A DNA stretch of 64,000 bases from Candidatus Parcubacteria bacterium (lineage in GTDB: Bacteria; Patescibacteriota; Minisyncoccia; Phycocordibacterales; UBA6065), in NCBI GenBank assembly GCA_039796155.1, contig JBDKKJ010000007.1:58409-122408 (forward strand), written 5' to 3'. Made by a program: the position numbers and the translations under genes. Shown here piece after piece: positions 19,564 to 28,767 of this stretch. The notes under the pieces were generated by a model, which was not told where the DNA came from, did no database searches, and saw only the letters and a list, made by a program, of their open reading frames with translations. Position 1 is the first letter of the stretch. Every line of letters begins with the position of its first letter.

Positions 19564-20679
19564 CTATTCAGATTCTTGGAGTTTTCGGAGCGCAATACCA
19601 ATTGCAACAGCAAATTCTGGACCAGCGGTACGTAAGACAGGCTCAAGAAATGCTGGCGCTTCTGTTTTTGAGAACGGATCACCAAGCACCACCTCTGTTT
19701 GGAACTTTACCCGAGCTAAATCAAGAAAACCCTTGAGTAGTGAGCCTCCTCCGGTAAGAATAACCTTTGAAACGTTCTTATTGTATTTACGTTCAAACGC
19801 AGAAATAACGCGATTTGTCTCTGAAAATATATAGTCGAGGTTAAGGATGATGATTTCTTTAATATTCTTGTTATCTGGCTCAGGTGAAAGACCGATTGTG
19901 CGTTTGATGTGTTCTGCATCACCCACACTCATGCCTAATGAACGTGAAATGGCGAGAGTAATCTCTTGAGATCCACGGTTAATAGTATGAGACGCACGAA
20001 GTACCCCTCTTTCAATAATATAAAGTTTTGTTGAACCAGCACCCATGTCTACAATCATCACCGACTCGAGACTTTGGTCGATAACTGAACGCATTGAGCT
20101 GAAAATTTCGATTTCGAAGAAACTTGATTCGAGAGTAACTGCCTGAGAAATCTGGTTGAGGTGATCAAGTACGTCGTTGTGGATAACCACAAGAAGAATT
20201 TCAACACCTTTGTCTACAGGTTTGTCTGGAGTACCTGGAGTTTTTTCAAATTCAGAAAAGGAAGCTTCCTGTTTTGGAATAATCCACCAATCAAGAGCAA
20301 CTTCTGTAATAGGTACAGGAATATACTTTCGAGCTTCAATAGGCACCATTGTTGCGAGTTGTTTCTCATCCATTTCTGGCATATGGATAAATGAAAGAAG
20401 ACTCGACGATGAAGAAATAGAAATACCTGCTGACTTGGTGGTCACGTTTGATTCTTTGAGAAGGTCGCGGAGTGCCTCAGCTAGTTTTTCACTCGGCAGA
20501 TTTGTGGCACGACCAATTTCAATACCTGTATATGGACCAAGAGCGAGTTCCCCGTATGTTTCAAGCACTGCTTTGCCGGCCTTCTTTCGCAACTGAACTA
20601 CCTTTATCGATGAAGATCCGATATCAATACCGAGAACGCTTTGCCCATGTTTTTTAAAAAGAGAATCTAAGAAAGACAT
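19564..20679 (-). CDS. pilM: Type IV pilus assembly protein PilM (actin-like ATPase fold)
   Basis: 371 aa; LGIDIGSSSIKVVQL and DMGAGSTKL phosphate motifs typical of PilM/FtsA. Confidence 0.8.
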   Translation of the reverse strand: MSFLDSLFKKHGQSVLGIDIGSSSIKVVQLRKKAGKAVLETYGELALGPYTGIEIGRATNLPSEKLAEALRDLLKESNVTTKSAGISISSSSSLLSFIHMPEMDEKQLATMVPIEARKYIPVPITEVALDWWIIPKQEASFSEFEKTPGTPDKPVDKGVEILLVVIHNDVLDHLNQISQAVTLESSFFEIEIFSSMRSVIDQSLESVMIVDMGAGSTKLYIIERGVLRASHTINRGSQEITLAISRSLGMSVGDAEHIKRTIGLSPEPDNKNIKEIIILNLDYIFSETNRVISAFERKYNKNVSKVILTGGGSLLKGFLDLARVKFQTEVVLGDPFSKTEAPAFLEPVLRTAGPEFAVAIGIALRKLQESE

Positions 20680-20748
20680 ATGTATTTAGTATATCACGAC
20701 GCTCTTTTCTTTATAATTTTTTGATTAGGCGCCATGTAGAATTACCAC

Positions 20749-21411
20749 ATGAATGATGTTTTATGCCTTAAAGTATTACGCATATTGAAGAAAATAGCCG
20801 AATACACGCTCGACACCATTGCTCCGCCCGATCCTACCGTACGACTCATTGAATGTATGACCCCTGAAGGGTTTCTGAGTAAGGTTCAGCGGGCGGAGGT
20901 AGTAATGGATCCTTTGGTGCCGAAGGCGATCCTGTCGTACAAGGACCCTTTAGTTAAAACAGCTATTCTTGAAGTGAAATCATACGGCAATACAAAGCTC
21001 GCTCTGCTTTTGGGTTCCGTACTTTATACACACCTGCGCGCAGAGCTCGAATATCCAGCACTCATTATCCCCATCCCTATTACTAAAAAGAGTTTACGCG
21101 CTCGAGGATGGAATCAGTGTGAACTCATGTGTAAAGGATTACAGAAGATGGATACAGAAAAGCGATTTGAGGTGCGTACAGATATTCTATACAAAGTACG
21201 CGAGACCGCAGATCAGGTTGGGAAAGGTCGACAAGAGCGATTTGATAATTTGCGGAATTGCTTTGCAGTTTTTGAACCTGAAAAAGTTGCCGGTAGGTGC
21301 GTCATCATTTTTGATGACATTCTCACAACTGGTGCAACACTTGGTGAGGCGGCGAGCGCGATACGGCGCGCCGGAGCAAACCACGTGACGTGCATCGCGC
21401 TCGCCCACTAA
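20749..21411 (+). CDS. comFC: ComF-family phosphoribosyltransferase-like competence protein
   Basis: 220 aa; C-terminal PRTase motif VIIFDDILTTGATLGEAA; divergent from the pilus locus. Confidence 0.7.
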   Translation: MNDVLCLKVLRILKKIAEYTLDTIAPPDPTVRLIECMTPEGFLSKVQRAEVVMDPLVPKAILSYKDPLVKTAILEVKSYGNTKLALLLGSVLYTHLRAELEYPALIIPIPITKKSLRARGWNQCELMCKGLQKMDTEKRFEVRTDILYKVRETADQVGKGRQERFDNLRNCFAVFEPEKVAGRCVIIFDDILTTGATLGEAASAIRRAGANHVTCIALAH

Positions 21412-21435
21412 TTACCTAGACCTACCGGCTCACGC

Positions 21436-22329
21436 CTATTTAAACTTACATACCATCTTTAGAGAGCTTAAATCATCAACAGAAGCACTCATCACCATAT
21501 TTTTATTTAGGTAATACATGACTGATTCAGGGTTGTCGTTATGATCCATACCTAGTGCGTGACCAAGCTCATGTGCTAACACACGCACCAACGCATCCCT
21601 GTCTGTAAACTCGTAAACATTTATTTTTGTGCCCTGTGCATCTGAAATGTATTCTCCTTGCTCAAATTCCTTATCAGCAGACTCATTTATAACCGCTACA
21701 TTTGAATTGATATTTTTGATGATGCCGTTGTATGAACCAACCAAACCATTTAATTCGTTTGCGAGTGCATTTACTTCAGCTCTCTTTTTCTCTAAAGAAG
21801 CATAGAGGGTATTTAAAGCTTCTGATTCTTTATTTAATTGAGCGTATTCATTTTCTGGTGCTCCTCCCTTCTTATTCCAGTATGAAACATTCACGCCGTG
21901 TGCATCCTGTCTTGATTTAAATTCAGCAGAGAGTGCTTCGTATTCTGCTTTTACACGTGCATAGGCTAGCTTTGTTGTTTCTAACTGAGACTTTACATTG
22001 TCAGCAGAACCGTTTGCCAAATCAATTTTGTCAGCAAGTTTTTTATTCTGCTGAACCGTTGCTTGTCTCTCGTCATAGACGAGATTAATTGGCATACCCG
22101 CGGTTTCACTATAGGCAAACAACTGTTTGCCGGTAGGTTGTTCCCAAATTGCCTCCGCCTCGCGGATTGCCTGCATAAAGTCAGCTTTGCTAACACCAAA
22201 CTTCTCATTAAATATTCCAATCGTGTACTGCAAAGGCTCATCACATGGATTCTTGAAGTACCTGTAACCTGAGTACGAAAAAGACCCGGCGATTACAACA
22301 AGGAGAAGTAGTTTACGAAGCATGTTCAT
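21436..22329 (-). CDS. Secreted matrixin-like (M10) zinc metalloprotease with coiled-coil insert
   Basis: 297 aa; signal/TM N-terminus, HELGHALGMDH zinc motif followed by SVMYY Met-turn. Confidence 0.65.
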   Translation of the reverse strand: MNMLRKLLLLVVIAGSFSYSGYRYFKNPCDEPLQYTIGIFNEKFGVSKADFMQAIREAEAIWEQPTGKQLFAYSETAGMPINLVYDERQATVQQNKKLADKIDLANGSADNVKSQLETTKLAYARVKAEYEALSAEFKSRQDAHGVNVSYWNKKGGAPENEYAQLNKESEALNTLYASLEKKRAEVNALANELNGLVGSYNGIIKNINSNVAVINESADKEFEQGEYISDAQGTKINVYEFTDRDALVRVLAHELGHALGMDHNDNPESVMYYLNKNMVMSASVDDLSSLKMVCKFK

Positions 22330-22406
22330 ACTTATATCTTACTACGAAAAAGGCACCCATTTACTGAGCGCTTTTTATTTGCATAAAATCCCAAGAGTCC
22401 CGCACA

Positions 22407-22751
22407 CTACCACGAACCACTCGCTCCACCACCTCCAGATGAACCGCCGCCAAATCTACTGCCACCACCTCCGGTTCTTGAACTACCTCCACGGCGACTA
22501 CCACCAACACCGAATGATGCAAAAATACCCGTAACAGCATACATACCCGTAACAACATATGTACCATTATTTAGACCTGTCACATTCCACAAAAAAAGAA
22601 ATACACAGAAAGTAACACCCAACGAACAAAGAAATGCTTTCTTGTCACCTAAAAACTTTCGCAGGATCTGCAAAATAAGAACAAATATAAAAAGACCTAG
22701 AGGAAACACAAACCAAACTTCTCTATAAACTTCGGGTGACATTAATTCCAT
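22407..22751 (-). CDS. Small membrane protein with Gly/Ser/Arg-rich C-terminal tail
   Basis: 114 aa; 3 hydrophobic segments, tail GGSRRGGSSRTGGGGSRFGGGSSGGGGASGSW. Confidence 0.4.
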   Translation of the reverse strand: MELMSPEVYREVWFVFPLGLFIFVLILQILRKFLGDKKAFLCSLGVTFCVFLFLWNVTGLNNGTYVVTGMYAVTGIFASFGVGGSRRGGSSRTGGGGSRFGGGSSGGGGASGSW

Positions 22752-22998
22752 AGTTATTTTAGTTTATTACGTGGTCACTTACTAAAATCTGTTTTTATTG
22801 CTTTGGCATTGTTACCAGAAAACCTTTCAAACTTATAGCGTGCTTATGTATTGAATCATAACCCAAATTCTATTATTGAATACCATATATGAACCTGGGT
22901 CACTCCGATACCCTGTTTTCTGCGCGGTGATGGTGAGTTAAGTGCCTACGCTGGCTTAGTTTTAAGTTACCTCACGTCTATCACATATCAACCTTGAA

Positions 22999-23685
22999 CT
23001 AAAGGTCTTTCATGAGTATCTCTATTTTAGGTAACAGATACTTCTCCACCACTTTTTGATATCCTTGCTGATTATAATGGATGCCGTCACGAAGCTTATT
23101 TTCTGGATTAATATAAATCTCATTCGTAATAAAGGGTATTAATACGAGATCATTTTTTTCTGCAATTTCTTGGTATAAAGAATCAAATTCCTGTTTATAC
23201 AATAAGCCCGCATTGAGGGGTGCCTGCATTTGCAACAAAACAACAGTGGGTGGCTTCATACCACTTTTCAGAATCTCAATAGTCGAAATGATGTTTTGGC
23301 GTGTGTCTGCCACCGGCAAGAACCTCAACGCGTCATTGCCACCGATACCCAAAATAACTATGTTCGGGTTCTGTGCTCGGATAAATTGTGCACGTTCGAG
23401 GTTCCCTCTGGTTGTCTCCCCACTTACCCCGGAATTGATCACAGTAACCTCGTACCCCTTCTCACGGAGCACTTTTTCGAGCTGTGCTGGGTACGCTTCT
23501 TCTTGTGGTAAATCATAGCCGGCAGTAAGGCTATCTCCAAAAGCGATAATCTGTATCGCGGATTTCTTGTTATTAGCCAGTTCCACACTATTCGGACCCG
23601 CATCATTCTGTAATGATACAAAGATTGCTCCCGCTAAAGCACATGCGGCAACCAAAAAGACAGATACTATAATTTTTTTATTCAT
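22999..23685 (-). CDS. SGNH/GDSL hydrolase (TesA-like)
   Basis: IIAFGDSLTAGY (block I), GGND (block III), DGIHYN (block V). Start at 23685 (MNKKIIVSVFL signal) preferred over ORF-track 23718. Confidence 0.75.
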   Translation of the reverse strand: MNKKIIVSVFLVAACALAGAIFVSLQNDAGPNSVELANNKKSAIQIIAFGDSLTAGYDLPQEEAYPAQLEKVLREKGYEVTVINSGVSGETTRGNLERAQFIRAQNPNIVILGIGGNDALRFLPVADTRQNIISTIEILKSGMKPPTVVLLQMQAPLNAGLLYKQEFDSLYQEIAEKNDLVLIPFITNEIYINPENKLRDGIHYNQQGYQKVVEKYLLPKIEILMKDL

Positions 23686-26158
23686 ACGATAGTAATTCTC
23701 GTAGTTGTATCGTATCACTTTTATACAGAAAAAAAGCTATTCCGGTAATAAAAAATACAATCAAAGCGAGTCCTGACAATATTTCAAGGTCAAATAAAAC
23801 CACCGACTTGAGTTTGAGAAAATAAGAACTAACTAATGCAGAAATGACCACACTCAAGCCATAGGCAAGAAAGGAAGCAACAACTGTGAGAGATAATGTC
23901 TCACTTATATATTGACAAAAACTTTTCTGTCGAGTCAAACCAAGTGTACGAAACCTCGCCCCCTCACGCCGACGTGTTGTATAAGAAGAAACAACAAGAG
24001 TCGCGATGAGTAGTGTAGCAATGAGTAATGGCGGAATAGTCACAATGAATACAAGTACCATCAGTGTACCGACAAGTTGTACGAGGAATGGTCCAATTGA
24101 CTGAGTGTTAATGACCGAAACGTTGGACATTGCACTTGCTACGAACCTTCCCAGCTCAGCCTGGATATCATTCTCGTAATACGCATAGCCAAAGTACACG
24201 CTCGGAAAGGAACCAATATCCAAGGGTGACATAACAAAATAAAAGAACGGCAATCCAGACCGAGAGTCTGTGGTACGCAGACTCGTTACCGTACCCGAGA
24301 CTTCGAACCCTTGAATTGAAAAGGTTATTTTTGATCCAAGAGATATATTTGCCTGTTTTGCAAAATCCTCATCAACAGAAATCTCTCCCTTTTTGCCCGC
24401 AGACCATGTCCCCGCGACAACAGATTCACTTTTCAGCAGAGAATCCCTGGCGGTAAGATTGAATTCCCTACCAAGCTCCCTTGATACGTCAGAGTCACCA
24501 GATTTGAGTTCGTCTTGAATTCGTGTTGCATCAATCGAAATAATCCTTGCACGAACATTTGAGAACAATTGGATATCTGGGTACTTCTCAATCAATAAAT
24601 CCTTTTGCGACGGCTGAACGTCTAAAACATAAGTTGATGGTACAGTCTCGCTCAGATTATCTACCAAGAACTTTTCGAGCGAAACTTGTATTAAGGACAA
24701 TGTACACAAGGCTGTGAGTGCAATAAACAGTGATGCAAAGGAAACGATACCAAACAATCCATCAGCATATTTTTGACTGACAATACTTCTTATGAAAAAA
24801 GATGCTCGTGCTCGTTTTTGGTAGATTTTGCGCAACGTAAATGCAAACGTAAACGCAACAATACTATAAAAAGCTGCGATTCCCATAATAACCAACGTCC
24901 CCTGCGTAGCACTTTTTAATAAAAATGAAGACAGAAAAATGAGAGGGATCAAAGTTGAAACAGTGATCAGGGTGAAGGAACGGTAGGAACGCTTTTCCAT
25001 AACCTCCACATTTCCGCCAATGAGAATCTGTTTAGGATTGAGCTCCAAACTTCTCCTTGTAGCGGGAATAAACGACATGACTGCAATAAGAAAAATGAGC
25101 ACTATGCTGATACCGCCATACAAAAATAGTGACGGGTCTGGTAAGGCTATTGCGTAGTTTTTCAAAACAAACTCTTGAACACCAGTAAAAATAGCAAGCC
25201 CTGTGAATACCCCCATTCCGTTAGCCAATACAACGACGTATGCAAGCGCAGTTCCAAGAACGTAGACTAATTTTTTCTTAGTGAGCCCGAGTGCCAAAAG
25301 TATCGCAAGGCTCTTTCGTTCGATGGTGATTAAGTAGAGGATACTCGCATATACATTAACTGCCGCAAGGATTGCGGTAACTAGTACGGCAAACACAAGG
25401 AAATCTGATACCGCCTCGAGCCCGAACTGTAGCCCTTGCTGATCTACTCCAGCCACATCAACGTCAACCTCTGGGTATGCTTTTTGTACTTGGCGAAGCG
25501 ATTCAACCATACCCGAGGTGAGGTTTGTTACTTTTGCAGCGTAGGTATATTCAGCACGCAACAATCGTGTATCGATTTGCGCTTCTTCGAAACTCGACTG
25601 ACTCATGAACACCTTCGGCAGAAAACGAAAACCACCAAAGAGTGATGTCGGTTCGGTAACAACCTCGTTTGCAACACGAAGAGAAACCCCTCCAAACATG
25701 ACCATGTCACCAACTGAAACGCCGAGGCTCTTCAGCCCTGACGCATCTAACAGCACTTCGCCCTGAATGATTCCTTCATAGATTCCCGATTTCAACTGTA
25801 TAGTTCCATAAAGAGGATATTCACTATCAACCACCTCGATAGTAAAGGGAGCAGTGGCGGTCTCGCTTTGTAACGTACCAGAAAAGGATAACTGTTCCGA
25901 CACTCTCTCTGGCTTGATATTGGCATCAGCAAAAAATACAGCTCCGGGAATCGGTGAATTACTTTCCAAAACCACATCACCTCCTTGCAATTCACGCGCT
26001 TGGTCTGATAGTAACTGCTTGCTTGATCCTGTGAGCAGTAATATAAGAATAAGCACAATGCTCGTAATCGTGAGTGAAGCAAACGGCAAAACAAAACGGC
26101 GCCATTCGCGCCTGACTATTCTGAAGCTATACAGAAAAATTAACTTACTTGCGCTCAT
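23678..26158 (-). CDS. FtsX-domain ABC transporter permease (YbbP-like, 10 TM)
   Basis: 826 aa; two FtsX-type 4-TM modules separated by large extracytoplasmic domains; overlaps the ATPase gene. Confidence 0.8.
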   Translation of the reverse strand: MSASKLIFLYSFRIVRREWRRFVLPFASLTITSIVLILILLLTGSSKQLLSDQARELQGGDVVLESNSPIPGAVFFADANIKPERVSEQLSFSGTLQSETATAPFTIEVVDSEYPLYGTIQLKSGIYEGIIQGEVLLDASGLKSLGVSVGDMVMFGGVSLRVANEVVTEPTSLFGGFRFLPKVFMSQSSFEEAQIDTRLLRAEYTYAAKVTNLTSGMVESLRQVQKAYPEVDVDVAGVDQQGLQFGLEAVSDFLVFAVLVTAILAAVNVYASILYLITIERKSLAILLALGLTKKKLVYVLGTALAYVVVLANGMGVFTGLAIFTGVQEFVLKNYAIALPDPSLFLYGGISIVLIFLIAVMSFIPATRRSLELNPKQILIGGNVEVMEKRSYRSFTLITVSTLIPLIFLSSFLLKSATQGTLVIMGIAAFYSIVAFTFAFTLRKIYQKRARASFFIRSIVSQKYADGLFGIVSFASLFIALTALCTLSLIQVSLEKFLVDNLSETVPSTYVLDVQPSQKDLLIEKYPDIQLFSNVRARIISIDATRIQDELKSGDSDVSRELGREFNLTARDSLLKSESVVAGTWSAGKKGEISVDEDFAKQANISLGSKITFSIQGFEVSGTVTSLRTTDSRSGLPFFYFVMSPLDIGSFPSVYFGYAYYENDIQAELGRFVASAMSNVSVINTQSIGPFLVQLVGTLMVLVFIVTIPPLLIATLLIATLVVSSYTTRRREGARFRTLGLTRQKSFCQYISETLSLTVVASFLAYGLSVVISALVSSYFLKLKSVVLFDLEILSGLALIVFFITGIAFFLYKSDTIQLRELLSYE

Positions 26159-26828
26159 GGAGTGTGTTTTCTCTTAATTCCAAAACTCTTCCCATCCTGT
26201 TAGCTATCGACTCGTCATGAGTAATAATAATGAGTGTTCCTTTTGCTTTGTCGACCGCATCGAGAAGTAGTGACAATACCCTTTCGCCGGTAGCACGGTC
26301 GAGGCTCCCTGTCGGTTCATCAGCTAAAATAAGTGCGGGTGAATTTACCAGAGCGCGACCTATTGCAACTCGCTGCTTTTCTCCACCAGAGAGAGTCTGT
26401 GGCAATGCATGAAGTCGCTCATGGAGGCCCAGTTTTTCAGTTAAGGTAGAGATTGCCTCTGTCGAAACTATTTTATTGCCAATTTCAAGTGGTGCAGTAA
26501 TATTTTCGGCTACAGTAAAAGGTGAGATCAACTCAAATGATTGGAAAATAAAGCCGATCTCTTTGTTACGAAACAATGCTTGTTCGGATTCACTTAATTC
26601 ATTTATTTTGACTCCCGCAATTTCGATTGAACCTTTGGTTGGCGTATCGAGTAATCCAATGAGCGACAAAAGAGTAGATTTACCAGATCCAGATGGCCCG
26701 ATAATGGCTACCCTCTCGCCTCTTTTTACAGTAAAGGAAACCCCGTGCAAGATAGGTAGCTTGCCGTTGATAGTATCGAATGTTTTGCTGACATTCTCCA
26801 ATCTGAGGATTATTTCTGTTTGTTCCAT
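26145..26828 (-). CDS. ABC transporter ATP-binding protein (YbbA/LolD-like)
   Basis: 227 aa; Walker A GPSGSGKST, signature LSGGEKQR, Walker B LILADEPTGSLD. Confidence 0.9.
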   Translation of the reverse strand: MEQTEIILRLENVSKTFDTINGKLPILHGVSFTVKRGERVAIIGPSGSGKSTLLSLIGLLDTPTKGSIEIAGVKINELSESEQALFRNKEIGFIFQSFELISPFTVAENITAPLEIGNKIVSTEAISTLTEKLGLHERLHALPQTLSGGEKQRVAIGRALVNSPALILADEPTGSLDRATGERVLSLLLDAVDKAKGTLIIITHDESIANRMGRVLELRENTLHERK

Positions 26829-26871
26829 GTAATATAATTATCTGTACAACCGTGTGTGATTTGGGTCTATT

Positions 26872-27123
26872 CTAGCATTTTTTAATGCCTGGTTTGGTTT
26901 TTGTTTTCTGTGGCGAGCTATTGCGCGCAGGCCCACTTTTGGCCCATTTCACCAAACTATTACTCTCCGTCTTCTTGCCGATATATCCACCACCCCGTTC
27001 CTTATACAGCTTTACTGCGTACTGCATCGCGCGTGCAGAAAATTTACCCATCTTGTCTACCGCCTCAGCTTTGCAGTATCCCCAAAGTTGCTCATTGTTT
27101 CTGTGTGCGGAAGTTCTTTTCAT
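26872..27123 (-). CDS. Small basic hypothetical protein
   Basis: 83 aa; KFSARAMQYAVKLYKERGGGY core that I recall from small conserved proteins of unknown function. No function assigned. Confidence 0.4.
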   Translation of the reverse strand: MKRTSAHRNNEQLWGYCKAEAVDKMGKFSARAMQYAVKLYKERGGGYIGKKTESNSLVKWAKSGPARNSSPQKTKTKPGIKKC

Positions 27124-27131
27124 TTTTTACG

Positions 27132-27536
27132 TTAGGCAACAAAATGTAATACATATAAAACCAAAAGAGCCATCACGAGCATCCCTATGGCAGGCACTGT
27201 TTTTACCAGAGAGTCTTTCACTTTAATATGCATCGATATAGCACCAAGCATAAGCAGACAAAGGAGAAGTAGTGCTGGTACTACGAGCACTTGCATGACA
27301 ACAGGCACAAACACACTGACAATCATCACGAGAGCAATAAAGATTTTGAAGAAGCCCACTACGTACATGAACCAGACGGGTAATCCGTAAGCAGAAAACT
27401 CCTCCTTCATGTTTTGTGCATCACCACCACGATACTTTGTCTGATGCTTCGAGCGAACCAGCCACACATTGATGAGTCCAAAAGCTATAAGGGTTTGCAA
27501 AATAGGTGCTATAGAAACTAGTGGTATTTCTGACAT
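27132..27536 (-). CDS. DoxX-like membrane protein
   Basis: 134 aa, 4 predicted TM helices, DoxX-like size and pattern. Confidence 0.5.
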   Translation of the reverse strand: MSEIPLVSIAPILQTLIAFGLINVWLVRSKHQTKYRGGDAQNMKEEFSAYGLPVWFMYVVGFFKIFIALVMIVSVFVPVVMQVLVVPALLLLCLLMLGAISMHIKVKDSLVKTVPAIGMLVMALLVLYVLHFVA

Positions 27537-27550
27537 AATTTTTCTTGTAA

Positions 27551-27973
27551 TTATAAAACCATGAGTAATGCACCCAGTACAACAAGTACTGCCCCGCCCG
27601 CCTTCATGTACGTAAAAGACTCTCCCAGAAAAATGAGTGCCAGAATAAATACAAACGCGATACTTGTTTTATCAATTGCAGCTACAGCACTGGTTGGACC
27701 AATTTTTATTGCGAGAAAATAAAACAACCATGATACAGCACCAGCAATCCCTGAAAGGATAATAAAAGTTAGGGTCTTGCTAGTAAGACTCTCAAGCATA
27801 TTAAACTTACCCAACGAGAAAGAAACCGCCACAAGAAATAGTGCCATGACAATCGAACGAATTGTTGTAGCGAGAGTGGAATCAATATCCTTTAAACCGA
27901 TTTTTCCAAATATTGCTACCAGTGAAGCAAATAGCGCGGAGAGGAGTGCATATACAATCCAGTTCATATACAA
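27551..27973 (-). CDS. EamA/DMT-superfamily small transporter
   Basis: 140 aa, 5 hydrophobic helices, single EamA-like repeat (IFGKIGLK..., LGESF...). Confidence 0.55.
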   Translation of the reverse strand: MYMNWIVYALLSALFASLVAIFGKIGLKDIDSTLATTIRSIVMALFLVAVSFSLGKFNMLESLTSKTLTFIILSGIAGAVSWLFYFLAIKIGPTSAVAAIDKTSIAFVFILALIFLGESFTYMKAGGAVLVVLGALLMVL

Positions 27974-28022
27974 AGTAGTATATCAAAAAATATTGCACTC
28001 GATCATACCTAAAAAAGTTTTG

Positions 28023-28115
28023 TGGCGGAGACGGAGGGATTCGAACCCTCGGAGCCTTATTAAAGGGCTCGCCTCTTTAGCAAAGAGGTACATTCGACCA
28101 CTCTGACACGTCTCC
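28023..28115 (-). tRNA. tRNA-Ser(GCU), CCA encoded
   Basis: Reverse strand GGAGACG...CCTCT-TTGCTAA-AGAGG, long variable arm (CGAGCCCTTTAATAAGGCTC), GAGGG-TTCGAAT-CCCTC-CGTCTCC-G-CCA. Confidence 0.85.
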
Positions 28116-28238
28116 GTATGACTGTGTGCAAAGACAATATCATAATAAAGTCTGTTTTTCTAGGTAGTTTGAAAAGAAAAAATGGTGTGGTAAGGTCAAA
28201 TCTGAAACAGCAACCGCAACCCTTGAAATAACCATACG

Positions 28239-28727
28239 ATGAAGACGATAATCATCCTCGACCCGAAAAGCACCGCCCTCCCGCCGTTATGGTGGAGTCT
28301 CATGGGTGAACTGGTCTGGATACCCACAACCAGCAATCAAGAAGTCCTGAAGTTCGCTACGGGAAAAACCCGTGAAAGAGCCTCAGGACATTTCACCGTC
28401 AGTAAAGAAAGATTGAAAGACATGTGGAGTATCGACTGGCACATTTTTTCGAAAAACGGTGAATTCGAAGGCAGTATCATTCTGTTGACCGCAGAACTCC
28501 TCACAGCATTTGGTTTGCTTCAAACCAATGTCGAGCCGACCAACGACGAAGAATTCTGTGCCAAACATTGTGCTGATGTCGGCATTCCGGGGAAATTTAT
28601 CCGTCAGGATGTCTACCTCAACGTTCCCTGTCCAAAAGCGGAGCACGTGGGTGATCCAAATTTTTCAATCAAAATTACACCCTTTGTTCTCACCAAGGTC
28701 CAAAGGTTTGTTGAAAAACATCTTTAG
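28239..28727 (+). CDS. Hypothetical protein (accessory, next to tRNA-Ser)
   Basis: 162 aa, no recognisable motif. Somewhat more GC-rich by eye than its neighbours; own strong terminator. Confidence 0.5.
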   Translation: MKTIIILDPKSTALPPLWWSLMGELVWIPTTSNQEVLKFATGKTRERASGHFTVSKERLKDMWSIDWHIFSKNGEFEGSIILLTAELLTAFGLLQTNVEPTNDEEFCAKHCADVGIPGKFIRQDVYLNVPCPKAEHVGDPNFSIKITPFVLTKVQRFVEKHL

Positions 28728-28733
28728 TATTTA

Positions 28734-28767
28734 GGGCCGGTTCGCTGCGCGAACCGGCCCTTTTTTT
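28734..28767 (+). terminator. Intrinsic terminator (12-bp GC stem)
   Basis: GGGCCGGTTCGC-tgc-GCGAACCGGCCC + TTTTTTT. Confidence 0.8.

Noticed and set aside
22752-22998. 247-nt gene-free region inspected for SRP RNA, 6S RNA or another ncRNA
   Set aside because: No GNRA-capped SRP domain IV motif (AGGUCAGG...GGAA...AGCAGC) and no convincing long helix. Only weak imperfect inverted repeats.
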